Shown here piece by piece: positions 1-11,294 of a stretch of DNA of 64,000 nt. A program made the position numbers and the translations under genes. Below the pieces are notes generated by a model. The model made no database searches, was not told the DNA's origin, and saw only the letters and a program-made list of their open reading frames with translations. This stretch comes from Escherichia phage CMSTMSU: the sequence record MH494197.1. One strand, 5' to 3'. The stretch's first letter is position 1; the number at the start of each line of letters is the position of its first letter.

Positions 1-2216
1 TCACATCAAACGTTACGTTACCACCATTAACCAGAGAACCACACAACATCTCTTTAGCTAGTGGAACACGGATGTTTTGCTCAATAGTGCGTTTCATTGG
101 ACGTGCACCCATCCCAACTTTAACACCATTTGTTGCCAACCACTCACGTGCCGCTTTAGTCAGGAAACTTTAACTTTGCGGTCTTTGATTTGTTCATTCA
201 GACTACCCATGAACTTATCAATGATGCTGTCAATCGCTTCGCTGCTTAGGTCTTTGAATGTCACAATACTATCGATACGGTTGATGAATTCAGGTGGCAA
301 GAATGCTTTAATCGCTTTATCTTGTGCTGTATCACTACCGCTCATCCCAATACTACGCTTGGTTGAATCTGCTGCACCAAGGTTAGTTGTCATAATAACA
401 GTTACGTTATTGAAGTAAACAGTTTTACCTTGTGAACCAGTCAAACGTCCTTCGTCCAGAACCTGTAGGAAGGTTAGTAGTACTTTACGATCAGCTTTTT
501 CGATTTCATCAAGCAACAGTACTGCATTCGGGAACTGCTCAATCTTGTCGAGTAGCAGACCGTTACCGGAATCGTGACCAACATAGCCGGAGGTGAACCA
601 ATCAGTTTAGCAACAGTATGTTCCTGTGAAAACTCGGACATATCGAAACGAATCAGTTCAGAGCCAGTTGCATCAGCCAGTGCTTTGGTAATTTCAGTTT
701 TACCAGTACCAGATGGCCCAACAAACATGAATGCACCTTGAACACTTGATTTATCACGCAGACCAGCACGAGCTACCATCACGTTATCAACCAGTTTCTG
801 TACTGCTTCTTCTTGACCGTATACACGAGAACGTAGTGCATCTGGTAGATTACGCATACGTTCACTTTCAGTGCAAGCAACCACGTTAATATCTAGGTTT
901 GCGATACCTGCAACAACTTCTTGAATCAGTGCAACAGTGATGATGTTATCATCAGTTTCACGAGAACGTACTTTCGCTGCTGCCGCATCCATTAGGTCGA
1001 TTGCTTTGTCAGGGAAGTGTTTGTTCTTCAGGAACTTATCACTTAGTGTAATAACTGCATCCATTGCTTCAGTACTGAACTCTACGTTATGGAAAGTTTC
1101 ATAAGTAGATTTCAAACCATTCACAATCGCACGGGTTTCATCAATTGTTGGCTCAACTACATCAATTTTCATGAAACGGCGAGTTAGTGCACTATCTTTT
1201 CGATGTTTTACGATATTCATCGTAAGTTGTTGCACCGATTACACGAATCTCACCACGAGATAGTGCAGGTTTGAGCATGTTACTCATATCCATAGAACCG
1301 TTGCTTGCTGAACCAGCACCAACCATAATATGGATTTCATCGATGAACACAATAGTGTTTTCACGTTTCTTCAGTTCTTTGAGTAGGTTATCGATACGTT
1401 CTTCGAACTCACCACGGTACTTAGTACCAGCAGTCAGTGCACCTACGTTCAGAGACAGAATTTCAACATCTTTAAGATGCTCTGGTACTTCACCATCAGC
1501 GATTGCCTGTGCTAGACCATCAATGATTTGAGTTTTACCAACACCAGCTTCACCAGTCAGGATGGCATTCTTCTTAGTCTTACGGGCCAGAGTTTCAATC
1601 AGTGCAGAAAGCTCTTTCTGGCGACCAATCATTGGTCAAGTTTACCTTCTTTGCAAGTGCGGTTAGGTTAGTGGTGTAATCTTCTAAACCTTTTGTTTGG
1701 ACGATGGTTGTTGTTGTGCCACTTTTTCTCCCCAGTTGGCTCATCACTAATGCTTTGAAGGTTGATTCCGTTGTCGATTGCTTCTACGTGCTTCTGTAAA
1801 GTTCGTGCTGCTTCAGTACAAGTGATACCCTCTTCACGCAATGCTGCTTCTAGTGCAGTATTTGGGAATGACAAACACTCAAACAGTACAAAATAAGCAT
1901 CAATTGAGAAATCATCACGTTTAAGTTGCTCAATTACTGATTTCTTAGAAAGTTCCTGAACTACACGGTTCACAAGAAGTGATGTGCGGTTCGCTTCATC
2001 ACCATCAGCACTTTTAGGTGCATGTGGAATGTTGTATTTTTCAGATATGCAATCAAACGACCGTGTAGGTTGTCTGCATCGATGTTCATATCTTCAAATA
2101 CTGCTTTGATGCTATCGATTGTCAGTACTGTAGCACTTAGATGGTCAATAGTCAAGAAGGTATGACCCAGAGAAGTTGCCAGTTCGTCGCTTTTTGAATA
2201 ATTGGGTAAGATTCAT
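1..2216 (-). CDS. clpA: ClpA-like AAA+ unfoldase (Clp N-domain plus two AAA modules); 3' end runs off the window start; frame broken into at least 5 pieces
   Basis: ORFs 1970-2155, 1668-1973, 1192-1632, 474-1235, 160-516 together follow ClpA order: N-domain [11 protein letters not shown], Walker A GEAGVGKT, Walker B IVFIDEIH, second module GPSGTGKTE and [29 protein letters not shown] before ATG at 2216. Confidence 0.8.
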
Positions 2217-2254
2217 GTATTCTCCTAAATGAGTAGTCACTCTAATTAATAAAC

Positions 2255-2282
2255 ATTATATCACATTCTTTGCGTTTGTCAA
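2255..2282 (-). promoter_or_regulatory. sigma70-like promoter TTGACA-N16-TGATATAAT upstream of clpA-like gene
   Basis: Reverse complement reads TTGACA aacgcaaagaatgtga TATAAT with TG extended -10, about 40 nt upstream of the ATG at 2216. Confidence 0.45.
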
Positions 2283-2286
2283 CAAG

Positions 2287-2302
2287 GTAAATAAAGATAT
2301 AC
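2287..2302 (+). promoter_or_regulatory. late-promoter-like motif GTAAATAAAGATATAC
   Basis: Resembles the CTAAATA..GTATA motif found upstream of the fibre and tube genes; lies about 25 nt upstream of the ATG at 2326. Confidence 0.3.
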
Positions 2303-2325
2303 CCGATTTATTTTGGAGACAAACA

Positions 2326-3812
2326 TGGCATATAGAATGTGGAAAAAGGTAGAACCAATGATTACAAGTTCATTGACTCTGCCATAGCAGAACAATACAA
2401 CATCGGTGGTGTTGACATGTGGCTTTATGCCTATGTCGGACCAAAACAAGTCGCTGATAACACTGATTTATCATATGGCGGTGATTATTATGGATCAGAT
2501 AGTACCGTTGTGTCAAGCATTGGTGATTTAATTTTGGTGACACTCCAAGTCGTAACTATAATCTCGAAGCTATCACCTTAAGTTGCGTCTACCAAGTCCA
2601 AGAAGCAACTCCTGACTTGAAAATCCCGATTGTTCTTCAACTTTAACACTATGGACATCACAATTCATTATAACACAATGATTCAGCGTTTGGGAAGAAA
2701 AATTATGCCGTGACGTAATCGAACTTCCTAACTTACGTGATTTTGATGTACTTGGTAAAGATTCTGGTTTAAACCGCTTCTATGTAGTACAAGATGGGTT
2801 TAGAACGTCAGAAGGTTACTCAGTTACATGGCAACATCACATTTACAAACTCCGTGTTAAACCTCTTACTGATTCACCAGAGTACTCTGACCTTCTAGGT
2901 AACAATAACTACCCTGATGACCCAGATGATCCAAACAACGGCAATGGTAATACTGATGATGGCTCTTCAGAGAACAGCAGCTATGGTAATGAAATGGATA
3001 TTATGAACCGTATCATTATGCAAGCTGATGATGAAGTACCATACATTCATTTTACTAACGAACACTTGTTCGATGACAGACCAGATACTGTTGATTTGTC
3101 TAAGTATATGCTAAATGGATACGAATTACCAGAGGAACCAGCAAATAAAATGTATTTCCTCAAGAAAACTTACCCAGTACTGAAAGAACTATCTAATGAT
3201 ACATGGATTTCTGTAGAAGTCAAGCGTGGAACAATCTTTCCTCGCAAACCGATGGATGGTGACTTCTTCTTTAAAGAAAACGAGGCTGATGTCACTGGCT
3301 TCTCATTGTATCAATACGATAAATCTGCCAAAAGTGGCTAAATTGTGATGTTGAGTATACTACAGAAAGCACACCACCACAAGGGGTTGATGATTTTTAT
3401 ATTGAATACAAAGAACCACACATTTATCAGTACTTAAATGGTAAATGGGGAGAACCAGAAGTAACTTACGTTAATGACCCATTCACTTCTAATAGTGTTT
3501 ATGGAAATATCGATTCACAACAAGATTATCGTCCTAAGATTCCTCCAGCACGAGGTACAGTTCCTGAAGGTAACATGTTCCCAAGTGATGCAGTTGATGG
3601 TGATTACTACTATCGTACCGATTATACACCAGTAACCCTATGGGAATACAGTGCGTCCAAGAATTCTTGGGTGATTTTCGATTACGGTGGTAGAAAACCG
3701 TGGAAGGTGCAGATCTTGCTCTAACAGAATTTGTTAATAGCCCGAACCGTGTGCCATTACATGATGCAGTTAAACCTAATACAGTGTATCGTATACATAA
3801 GGATTCAGAATG
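2326..3812 (+). CDS. hypothetical virion (baseplate/tail?) protein, about 495 aa, frame broken
   Basis: Same-strand ORF pieces (2339-2581, 2994-3341 and unlisted frames between) read as one protein with an Asp/Pro/Gly-rich linker; stop overlaps the next start as ATGA at 3810. Function not recognised. Confidence 0.4.
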
Positions 3813-5132
3813 AAAATAGATTATTATTATGATGGTCAATTTCGTCGAGTACTGAAACATCTTATCAGAGTGTTTGGTGAATTTCAAGTACAAAATGGTG
3901 TTGATGCTGACGGAAAACCAAAATATAAGAAAGTTCCTTGCCGCTATGCAGATATTTCACGTATGGCAGCAGCAATTATTAATGGTAACAGTGAGAACGT
4001 GCTTCCAACAGCACCAATCATGACCATTAGTGTAAACCAACTTAAACTAGATCGCAAGTCAGTTCGTTCAAACGCAAATGAAACATTGGTTATGGGGACT
4101 AACAAGTCCCGAATTAACGAATATACTAAAGACTTAGATAAACAGTATAAAGTAACTCGTCATAACCCAGTACCTTGGACATTTACTTTTGATGTTAATA
4201 TTTGGGTTACACAAACACAAACCAAAATGGAACTATTTGAGCAAATTTCAACATTGTTTGCTCCTAGTATTCAATTACAACTCTCCGAGAACCCATTGGA
4301 TTGGACATCATTGAGTGATGTGGAGTTAATTGACTGTCAATTTACTACTCGTGGTTTCCCACAAGGAACCGATAGTGATTTGGATATAATGATTTTGACA
4401 TTTGAAACAACAATTTGGTTCTCTTTGCCAGCTATTGTTGAGAAACCAAAACTTATTCAACAAATTACCACCAATATTAAAGGTGCTCGTGATGAACTTG
4501 ATTTTGAAATTGGTAATTACTCGGATATCATTACTGATGTATTCACACCAAAGAACTTATGTATTAAAGTTGATGAAATAACAAACTCTGAACTTAATAT
4601 TCCAGATACTTACCAACTCACTCTTGTTAGTCAATCACTATCAGAAACATCACCAAATGGTGGAATTTATTCATGGGAAAAATACCTTAAGTACTTGGAC
4701 CCAGAATATGAAGACAAGACGGTTGGTATCAAATTCCAACAAGCTATAGAAGAGGACAACCCACTAAAAGGACACATCTCTTCATTTGGTGAAGGTGCTG
4801 AATCTAACAAGATTGTAGTTCAGCTTGATAATAGTAATTATACTGTTGATTATACAATACATGGATTCATTAGTAAAAGCTCTTTGTTATATAACGCACT
4901 GCCTGAACAATATTATGTAAATAATAGCATACATAACATCATTTACAAAGAGACTGAAATCCCAGCGAACTATTTGTTTAAAATTACCAATGATGGAGCA
5001 GAACTTATTGAGCCATCACTAGTACACAACTATGTTTATAATATGGAAGATAGTGGATATTATAGATATAATGACAAATTCAAATGGCATAAGAGTATTA
5101 TGTCAGTATATCGTCAGGGTATTGGAAAATAA
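3810..5132 (+). CDS. hypothetical protein, 440 aa, probably structural
   Basis: Intact 440-aa ORF translationally coupled to the upstream gene inside the structural block; no motif recognised. Confidence 0.55.
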   Translation: MKIDYYYDGQFRRVLKHLIRVFGEFQVQNGVDADGKPKYKKVPCRYADISRMAAAIINGNSENVLPTAPIMTISVNQLKLDRKSVRSNANETLVMGTNKSRINEYTKDLDKQYKVTRHNPVPWTFTFDVNIWVTQTQTKMELFEQISTLFAPSIQLQLSENPLDWTSLSDVELIDCQFTTRGFPQGTDSDLDIMILTFETTIWFSLPAIVEKPKLIQQITTNIKGARDELDFEIGNYSDIITDVFTPKNLCIKVDEITNSELNIPDTYQLTLVSQSLSETSPNGGIYSWEKYLKYLDPEYEDKTVGIKFQQAIEEDNPLKGHISSFGEGAESNKIVVQLDNSNYTVDYTIHGFISKSSLLYNALPEQYYVNNSIHNIIYKETEIPANYLFKITNDGAELIEPSLVHNYVYNMEDSGYYRYNDKFKWHKSIMSVYRQGIGK

Positions 5133-5161
5133 CTTTCACTGACAAATAAGGAGGTGTTGTT

Positions 5162-5623
5162 ATGAATGAAGCAGTAGGTGCTATATTTTTATCTAAAAGT
5201 ACTGGACATATGATGTTAAACTTGAGATCAGAAAGAAGTACGTATTCTAACAACTGGGCATTTGTTGGTGGGAAGCTTGAGTATAATGAAACTCCGTTAC
5301 AGGGTCTTATGCGTGAGATTAAAGAAGAGCTAGGTGATTCTATTCCAACGATAATAGATATTATACCATTTGATGTATTCTGTACGAAGAATGGTAAATT
5401 TAAATATTATTCATTTGTCATTGTAGTTGAAAATGAATTCGTACCTACTTTAAATCATGAGAGTTCGGGTTATGCATGGGTTAAGATTGGCTCATGGCCC
5501 AAACCATTACATCCGTGCAAAAACACATTACTTAACACAAATTTAATGAAGGATTTCTATTCATTGTGGGAAAGTATACGACAAGGTACACAGTTTGTCA
5601 ACAGCTTACCATATCGATATTAA
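5162..5623 (+). CDS. NUDIX hydrolase
   Basis: Nudix box GGKLEYNETPLQGLMREIKEELG (GX5EX7REUXEEXGU); RBS AAGGAGG 8 nt upstream. Confidence 0.75.
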   Translation: MNEAVGAIFLSKSTGHMMLNLRSERSTYSNNWAFVGGKLEYNETPLQGLMREIKEELGDSIPTIIDIIPFDVFCTKNGKFKYYSFVIVVENEFVPTLNHESSGYAWVKIGSWPKPLHPCKNTLLNTNLMKDFYSLWESIRQGTQFVNSLPYRY

Positions 5624-5625
5624 TA

Positions 5626-5655
5626 AAAAGGAGCCAATGGCTCCTTTTTCTTTAT
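5626..5655. terminator. bidirectional intrinsic terminator hairpin between convergent genes
   Basis: aaaaaGGAGCCaatGGCTCCtttttc: GC stem flanked by A-run and T-run. Confidence 0.5.
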
Positions 5656-6327
5656 ACCCCAATTAGTGGGATACCTGTTATGTTAAGTAGAACAGATGCT
5701 TGAAGCTTAACTGACTCACCTGCCGAAAGGTTGTTTACTATACCATCGACGCGGAACCCTAAGTTTTTATTAGAGTTGAGAGAGTTAATCACCCAGTTTT
5801 CGTAATCCGCTTTTGTAATACCATTCGGATTTGGGAGAGTTGGATCAACATCATTAATTACCATAGAAACATCCCAATTCGGGCGACTACTTGTAATTAC
5901 ATCCTTGATTGATTCTAGTTGTGTAATGCGACGTGGATCTGGAATCTGACTTGCACCAATTGAACCGAAAAATGTACCTTGGTTATCAACATAGAACTGA
6001 CCTTTAATGAAAAATGTTTTGAATTATACGGAAGAGAAACAATTTCACCTGATGAATCACTAACTTCACGAATCATAATTTTCAATTCATAAAAATAGTT
6101 ACTACCAAATTCAAACACACCAGTACCATTTGTGAATGTTGTCCAGTTATTTGAATCAACCTGTGAAGTACCACCCATATTGAAGTACGCTAATGGCTTA
6201 GTACTGTTACTTTGTGTAAATTCAATATATTTCTTACCTGTATCATAGTTGATATCAAGTAGTGTTGAGTACTCTTTATTTTCTGGACGAGATGTTTGAA
6301 TTTCACGCCATTCTTTATTTTTCATTA
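5652..6327 (-). CDS. hypothetical tail/fibre-associated protein (two ORF pieces)
   Basis: ORFs 5915-6325 and 5652-5864 in the same orientation; start ATG overlaps the upstream stop (TAATG). Confidence 0.35.
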
Positions 6328-6746
6328 GGACACGAAGGAATCACCATTACTGGTAAGAACCATACGACCCATAATACTATTTTCACCATCTGGTACTGTG
6401 TTGAAAATTGAAATCATTGGGATAGATGCCCAGTCAGCTTCAGATGCAGTATCTACTGGCTGACGAGCATTATCAACTAATGCAAGAAGTAGTTCGCCAG
6501 TGTTGCCAGTATTTCTGTACCAAATCTGACCATTAACGTTACCACGAGGTGCAGTAGCTCCACTGAAGTTCTCAACCAAGTGGAGGAAGTTTTCGTTCCA
6601 TGCTTGACCGTAACCAACTTTATTTCGACCTGCAAAGTTTAACGGTACTGGGTTACTACCGTTGGTTTGGTCCTAATATTACGTTATTTGGAATGGTAGC
6701 ATAAACGCTACCATTACTTCTATAAATTGTATAACTTACACTCATA
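6325..6746 (-). CDS. hypothetical fibre-like structural protein, about 140 aa, frame broken near N-terminus
   Basis: ATG at 6746 then MSVSYTIYRSNGSVYATIP..., continuing after a frameshift into ORF 6325-6579 (NVNGQIWYRNTGNTGELLLAL). Confidence 0.35.
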
Positions 6747-6951
6747 TCATCACCTTATTATTGTAGTTGGACACGAACTGTGTATTTGATTTGCAAAACA
6801 CGGTTAGCACTTTTCTCAACTGGGTGAAAAATAATATGGGTAAGTGGAATACCGCTATCACCATTTGTATATAAACCCAATTCGTCAAATACATATGTCC
6901 CATCCATGCTAGTACCAGAGCTAACACCTTGGTCAGATGGCTCACCTAAAC

Positions 6952-7364
6952 CTAATGTGCAAATACAGACGATATCAGTGTAAGCTTGGCACGGAATGTG
7001 AACAGTTGTAATGTTGTTATATTGTGAATCAATACCAGCAGAGATACGTGGGTTGATTTTTTCAGATAAGTCTGAGAATATAGACCACCGAAAGAAGTAA
7101 CGCGTGGTTTCTTGTATGTGATACGACCAGTACTCAAAACTACTGTTCCACCATTACCAAAACGCATCTCACTAATAGATCCAATAGGAATACCAGTACT
7201 ATCTTGATTATAAGCCAACGCATTAGCAATAGCAGTACTCATATTTTCAGGGTGAATTGCGTTTGATTTATCCAAAACGATTTTTGGTTAGATGGATCAG
7301 TAACGTCAGTAATTAGTACATGACCCTTAACAAATAGTTTTGGTTGTTCTGTTTCTAATTTCAT
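6952..7364 (-). CDS. hypothetical structural protein (fragmented; 3' end uncertain)
   Basis: ORF 6952-7275 plus an upstream in-phase segment starting at ATG 7364 (MKLETEQPKLFVKGHV...). Confidence 0.3.
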
Positions 7365-7408
7365 TTCTAATCCTTAGTAGTTAATTAAAATTTGTTCTAA
7401 CTTACCAG

Positions 7409-7870
7409 CTAAACTTTTTGTACATCAGATGGATACTTGCTAATGTAATCACGGTCAATACCGACTTTCAGATAGGTAAAGTTTCCGGTTAAGGTTTCAG
7501 CGAATGTACCAGTTGTACCTTGTTCTCTAATAAGGTCACCGCCATTTGGGTTAAGAATGACATTATCAGTAAATTCAAGATAGAAGTTGCAGCTTTCGGT
7601 AAATTTAATTGGGAACCAATCATCGTCAGATGGATTACTTGCCAGTGTAGCGAGTACGTAAATTCTACCAATGAAGTTACGTAGGGTAAAGGATATTGTA
7701 TGTAATCCTGTAGTACTACCATAATAGCCGCCACTAGCTAATGGTAATGTTTGTTCGTTCCAATGATAATCTAAGTTAGCAGGATACCAGCTATCTGATT
7801 CAGGAAATTCTTGCCATGAACCATCTTTAGTTTTTCTTTTGAAGAGGAAGTCTTTTGATCTTAATGCCAT
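7409..7870 (-). CDS. hypothetical structural protein, 153 aa
   Basis: ORF with RBS-like AAAAGGG upstream; divergent from the 7980 gene. Confidence 0.4.
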   Translation of the reverse strand: MALRSKDFLFKRKTKDGSWQEFPESDSWYPANLDYHWNEQTLPLASGGYYGSTTGLHTISFTLRNFIGRIYVLATLASNPSDDDWFPIKFTESCNFYLEFTDNVILNPNGGDLIREQGTTGTFAETLTGNFTYLKVGIDRDYISKYPSDVQKV

Positions 7871-7935
7871 TGTTAAGCCCTTTTAGTAGTGAACTTTCAT
7901 TTATTTATTAATGGCAACGAAATGTATTTTGTACT

Positions 7936-7955
7936 GATAAATATTGGTATATGAC
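7936..7955 (+). promoter_or_regulatory. late-promoter-like motif TGATAAATATTGGTATATGA
   Basis: Shares the (C/G)TAAATA..GTATAT core with the fibre-gene upstream motifs; 25-45 nt upstream of ATG 7980. Confidence 0.3.
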
Positions 7956-7979
7956 ATTAACTCATACAAGGGAAATATT

Positions 7980-9105
7980 ATGACAATTTCATTCAACAAT
8001 GGGTCAGGTGGTTCATGTAATAATTCTGGCATCAAAAGTTTAGTTATTAACGCTGCTGGACATTTAATTGTAACCTATTCCGACAATACAATCCAAGACC
8101 TAGGTCTAGTGGTTGGACAAAATGGTGCTAACGGTAGAAACTTTTATCCAAATGAGATAGGTTTTGAAGTTCCTAATGAACTCTTCCGTGTTGGTGAAGA
8201 ACTAGGGTGGTGTTATCTTAGTCTTGCAAACGGCACTAGTACTTTATATTTTAAATCAAACGATGCCCAAGAAACAATTAGTACTTGGAACCGTGTAGAG
8301 TTTGGTAAAGGTGATACTGGTGAAGCTGGTAAACCATTCCACATTGACAGTTCTGGTACGGCGTTTCCAACAACTGGTCTTTTCGATAATTACACATTCT
8401 ATAATACTGAAGATGGTAAATTATATTTCTATCAAAGCGTAACTGCAACATGGAGTGATGGTATTCCTTTCCGTGGTGAACAAGGTCTACGTGGTCGTTT
8501 CCATATTGATAGTACTGGTAGTCAATTCCCAAGCATTGATAATCTACCACAAGATTATTGCTTCTATAACACGACAGATGGTAATTTGTATTATGTCGAT
8601 ATCGTAACTACATCATCAACCCCAACTAAAGAGTGGAGTGCTGGTATCTTATTCCGTGGAAAAGACGGTGAAGAAGGTAAGCAAGGTGAACAAGGTATTC
8701 AGGGTGAACGGTAAAGATACAGTTGTTATCATCAACACTATTGATCATTCATGGACTAACGCATTGTTAGTTATTGGTACATGCCCTGCTGGATACCTAG
8801 TAACTAATATCGAAGTTGATATTAACCAAGCATATGATGAACCAGTAAATGAAATGTTTGTACGTTTCGGTGGTGAAGCACAAGAAGATATTGGTGGTAC
8901 TGTAATTGCACCTGTTGATTATTTCGATATCAACCGCAAAATGCGTTACATTGTTAACGAAACCAACCACGAAGTATCAAGTAAAGATGAAATCATTTCT
9001 TGTGTATTCAATGATTCCGTAAACAACAGTTCATTTGGTGAAATGAAGATCGTTTGTACTTTATCATGGCAAGCACCTATTCAGCCTATTCAAGATAACA
9101 TTTAA
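7980..9105 (+). CDS. fibre protein with collagen-like Gly-X-Y stretch and internal ~50-aa tandem repeat (one frameshift near 8700)
   Basis: GKDGEEGKQGEQGIQGER Gly-X-Y run; repeated block HIDSSGTAFPTTGLFDNYTFYNTEDGKLYFY / HIDSTGSQFPSIDNLPQDYCFYNTTDGNLYYV; ORFs 7944-8714 and 8638-9105 overlap in different frames. Confidence 0.55.
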
Positions 9106-9118
9106 AGAGGGTTGATAA

Positions 9119-9150
9119 ATGGCAGTTTTTCCAATTTAGAAGGGACCATG
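9119..9150 (+). other. conserved leader cassette copy 1: 6-codon uORF MAVFPI with stop 8 nt before main start
   Basis: ATGGCAGTTTTTCCAATTTAGAAGGGACCATG; 30 of 32 nt identical to 11263-11294. Confidence 0.5.
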
Positions 9151-11283
9151 ATGCCAACATTCAAGTTGGGTAAACGTGGTGCTTCTATTAATTTTGTAAA
9201 CGATTCTGTCGCAATCAAAGACTTTTAGGCGAAACGTTCCTACCTGTTAAGGTGGGAACTCCTAATGACGATGATTCCGCAGTAAACGTTAGGTATCTTG
9301 AAGATAACCCAAATGCTTTATTTGGCGTACTTCCACCAACAAATGACATTGGTAAAAATAACAACACTTATTTTCAAGTTGATTCTGAGGGTATTGTTGA
9401 TATCTTTGCAAAACAAATGATGTTTGGGTAAAATCATTATACATTAATAAAAATGTCCTTTCCAGTGTTAACGGTGCTGATTATATCGGACTTATTACTG
9501 GAGGAACACTTCAACAGGCACAGTTTTACATAACACCAGAAGAGTTTGGTGCAAAGGTGATGGCATCACTGATGACACGGCGGCGTTAACGCATGTGCAG
9601 TTTATGCTAAAGAACACAAAATCCAAATTCAAGCTGGTGGTAATTATCGTATCAGAACTGCTGTTTATTTGAATGATATTCAATGGTTTGGTGGTACAAT
9701 CACTGGTAACGGTGGCACAATGGTATCGGTACTGAATAGTACAATCCAACAAGCAACATTAACAGGATGTTATTTAAAATTCTTTGGTGGTAATGGTAAA
9801 TTTTATTTTAATAAATTTATTAATATTACAAGTACTGCTGCATTTCTAATGCAAGGTATGACTGAATCAGGTACTATCGACTTCTGCTTTAATGAAATGA
9901 CACAATGTAAGTACGGTGTTCTTCAGCAAGGCACTGGTGAAAAATGACAGTTGGGCGTTATTCATACAACCACATCCATGATATATATGGTGATGCAATT
10001 GAATTGAACGTAGTCAACTCACATTACCCAGACGGATTTGTAATAGAAGGCAACTTGATTGAAAACGTAGATGGTACAAATGCACCAATTCCTCTTTCAA
10101 ACTGGGGTATTGGTATCGGTGTTGCAGGTTCTGGTCCTTATGATGTGAATGCTGATGATTCACAATATGTAAAAAATTCGTTATAAAAATAACCGCTTGT
10201 ACAATGTCCGTCAATGTATTCACGTTGAGTTGGGTAAAGACTTTAAAATTCTCAATAATGAAGTTTATCCATCAACGTTGGTATCAATTGGTACTGGTTT
10301 GACAACCGCTGGTGTAATTACTTATGGTTCTGTTGATTTTATTATTGATGGCCTATCTGGGCATCTATTAAATGATCCATCAGTAACTAACCGTATGGTT
10401 TCTATTAACTGGGGCGTAACATCTGGTAAATTTGCTGGTCCTCCACGAAACTTTAAATTATGTAATCTCCACATTCCTGAGTCGTCTATTATTGTGTATA
10501 CTTCAGGCTCTGATAATTGGCTAAATACTACTGAACTTTCTAATATTACATGTAGTAGAATTCAATGGCGTGGATTGCCGTCATCTTCCAAGTTTAATAA
10601 TATCAGTACTAAAGAACTTGATGTTATTGGACAACACCTTGCAACTGAAGGTGAAGGAGGGGCTTATATACTCGCTCTAAATATACATATACCAACTGGA
10701 CTAATTGTGTTGTTCAAGATGATTGTAACATATCAAAATATAGTTTCTCAAGAATGTATGTTGACCGTATTGACCAATCATCTAATAACTTTAAAGTAAC
10801 CACTGCAATTGATGGAACGGGTCATCGTGGACCTGTAGTAATACCTGTAGTTGAACAGTATTACGTGCCTTATGATGTTTTTCCGGTGGGAGATATTTCC
10901 CAACAGGAACAATTATCCATAAACAATCAGGTGGAAAATTTATTGTTACAGTAGGTGGTTCTTTCTTTGGTCGATATGACACAATTAGACAAACAGTTGC
11001 AGGACAAACTTATATCGAAGCATTGGGTGTATCATGGGGTGATAATCAATATGCTAAAGCTGCTGGAACCGAAATCCTAATCACAGGAGCAGGGGAAAAT
11101 GGCGAAGATTTAAAACATATATCACTAGAGCAGTTTATGTTGTTAATAATGCGTATCGTATCGATATTGCCGATCCGATTGTTACTGCTACCGCAGCAGG
11201 GCATTATTGAAAGCTGCTCAACCAATAACATATATCACCCTATCTTAAAGGAGATTATAAAAATGGCAGTTTTTCTAATTTAG
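9148..11283 (+). CDS. tailspike-like receptor-binding protein with pectate-lyase-type beta-helix motif (heavily frame-broken; 3' end uncertain)
   Basis: Motif PEEFGAKGDGITDDTAAL at about 9535-9595; N-terminus MMPTFKLGKRGA paralogous to the 11292 gene; ORF pieces 9669-9947, 9944-10186, 10197-10799, 10754-10954, 11023-11283. Confidence 0.5.
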
Positions 11284-11294
11284 AAGGAACCATG
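11263..11294 (+). other. conserved leader cassette copy 2: 6-codon uORF MAVFLI
   Basis: ATGGCAGTTTTTCTAATTTAGAAGGAACCATG. Confidence 0.5.
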
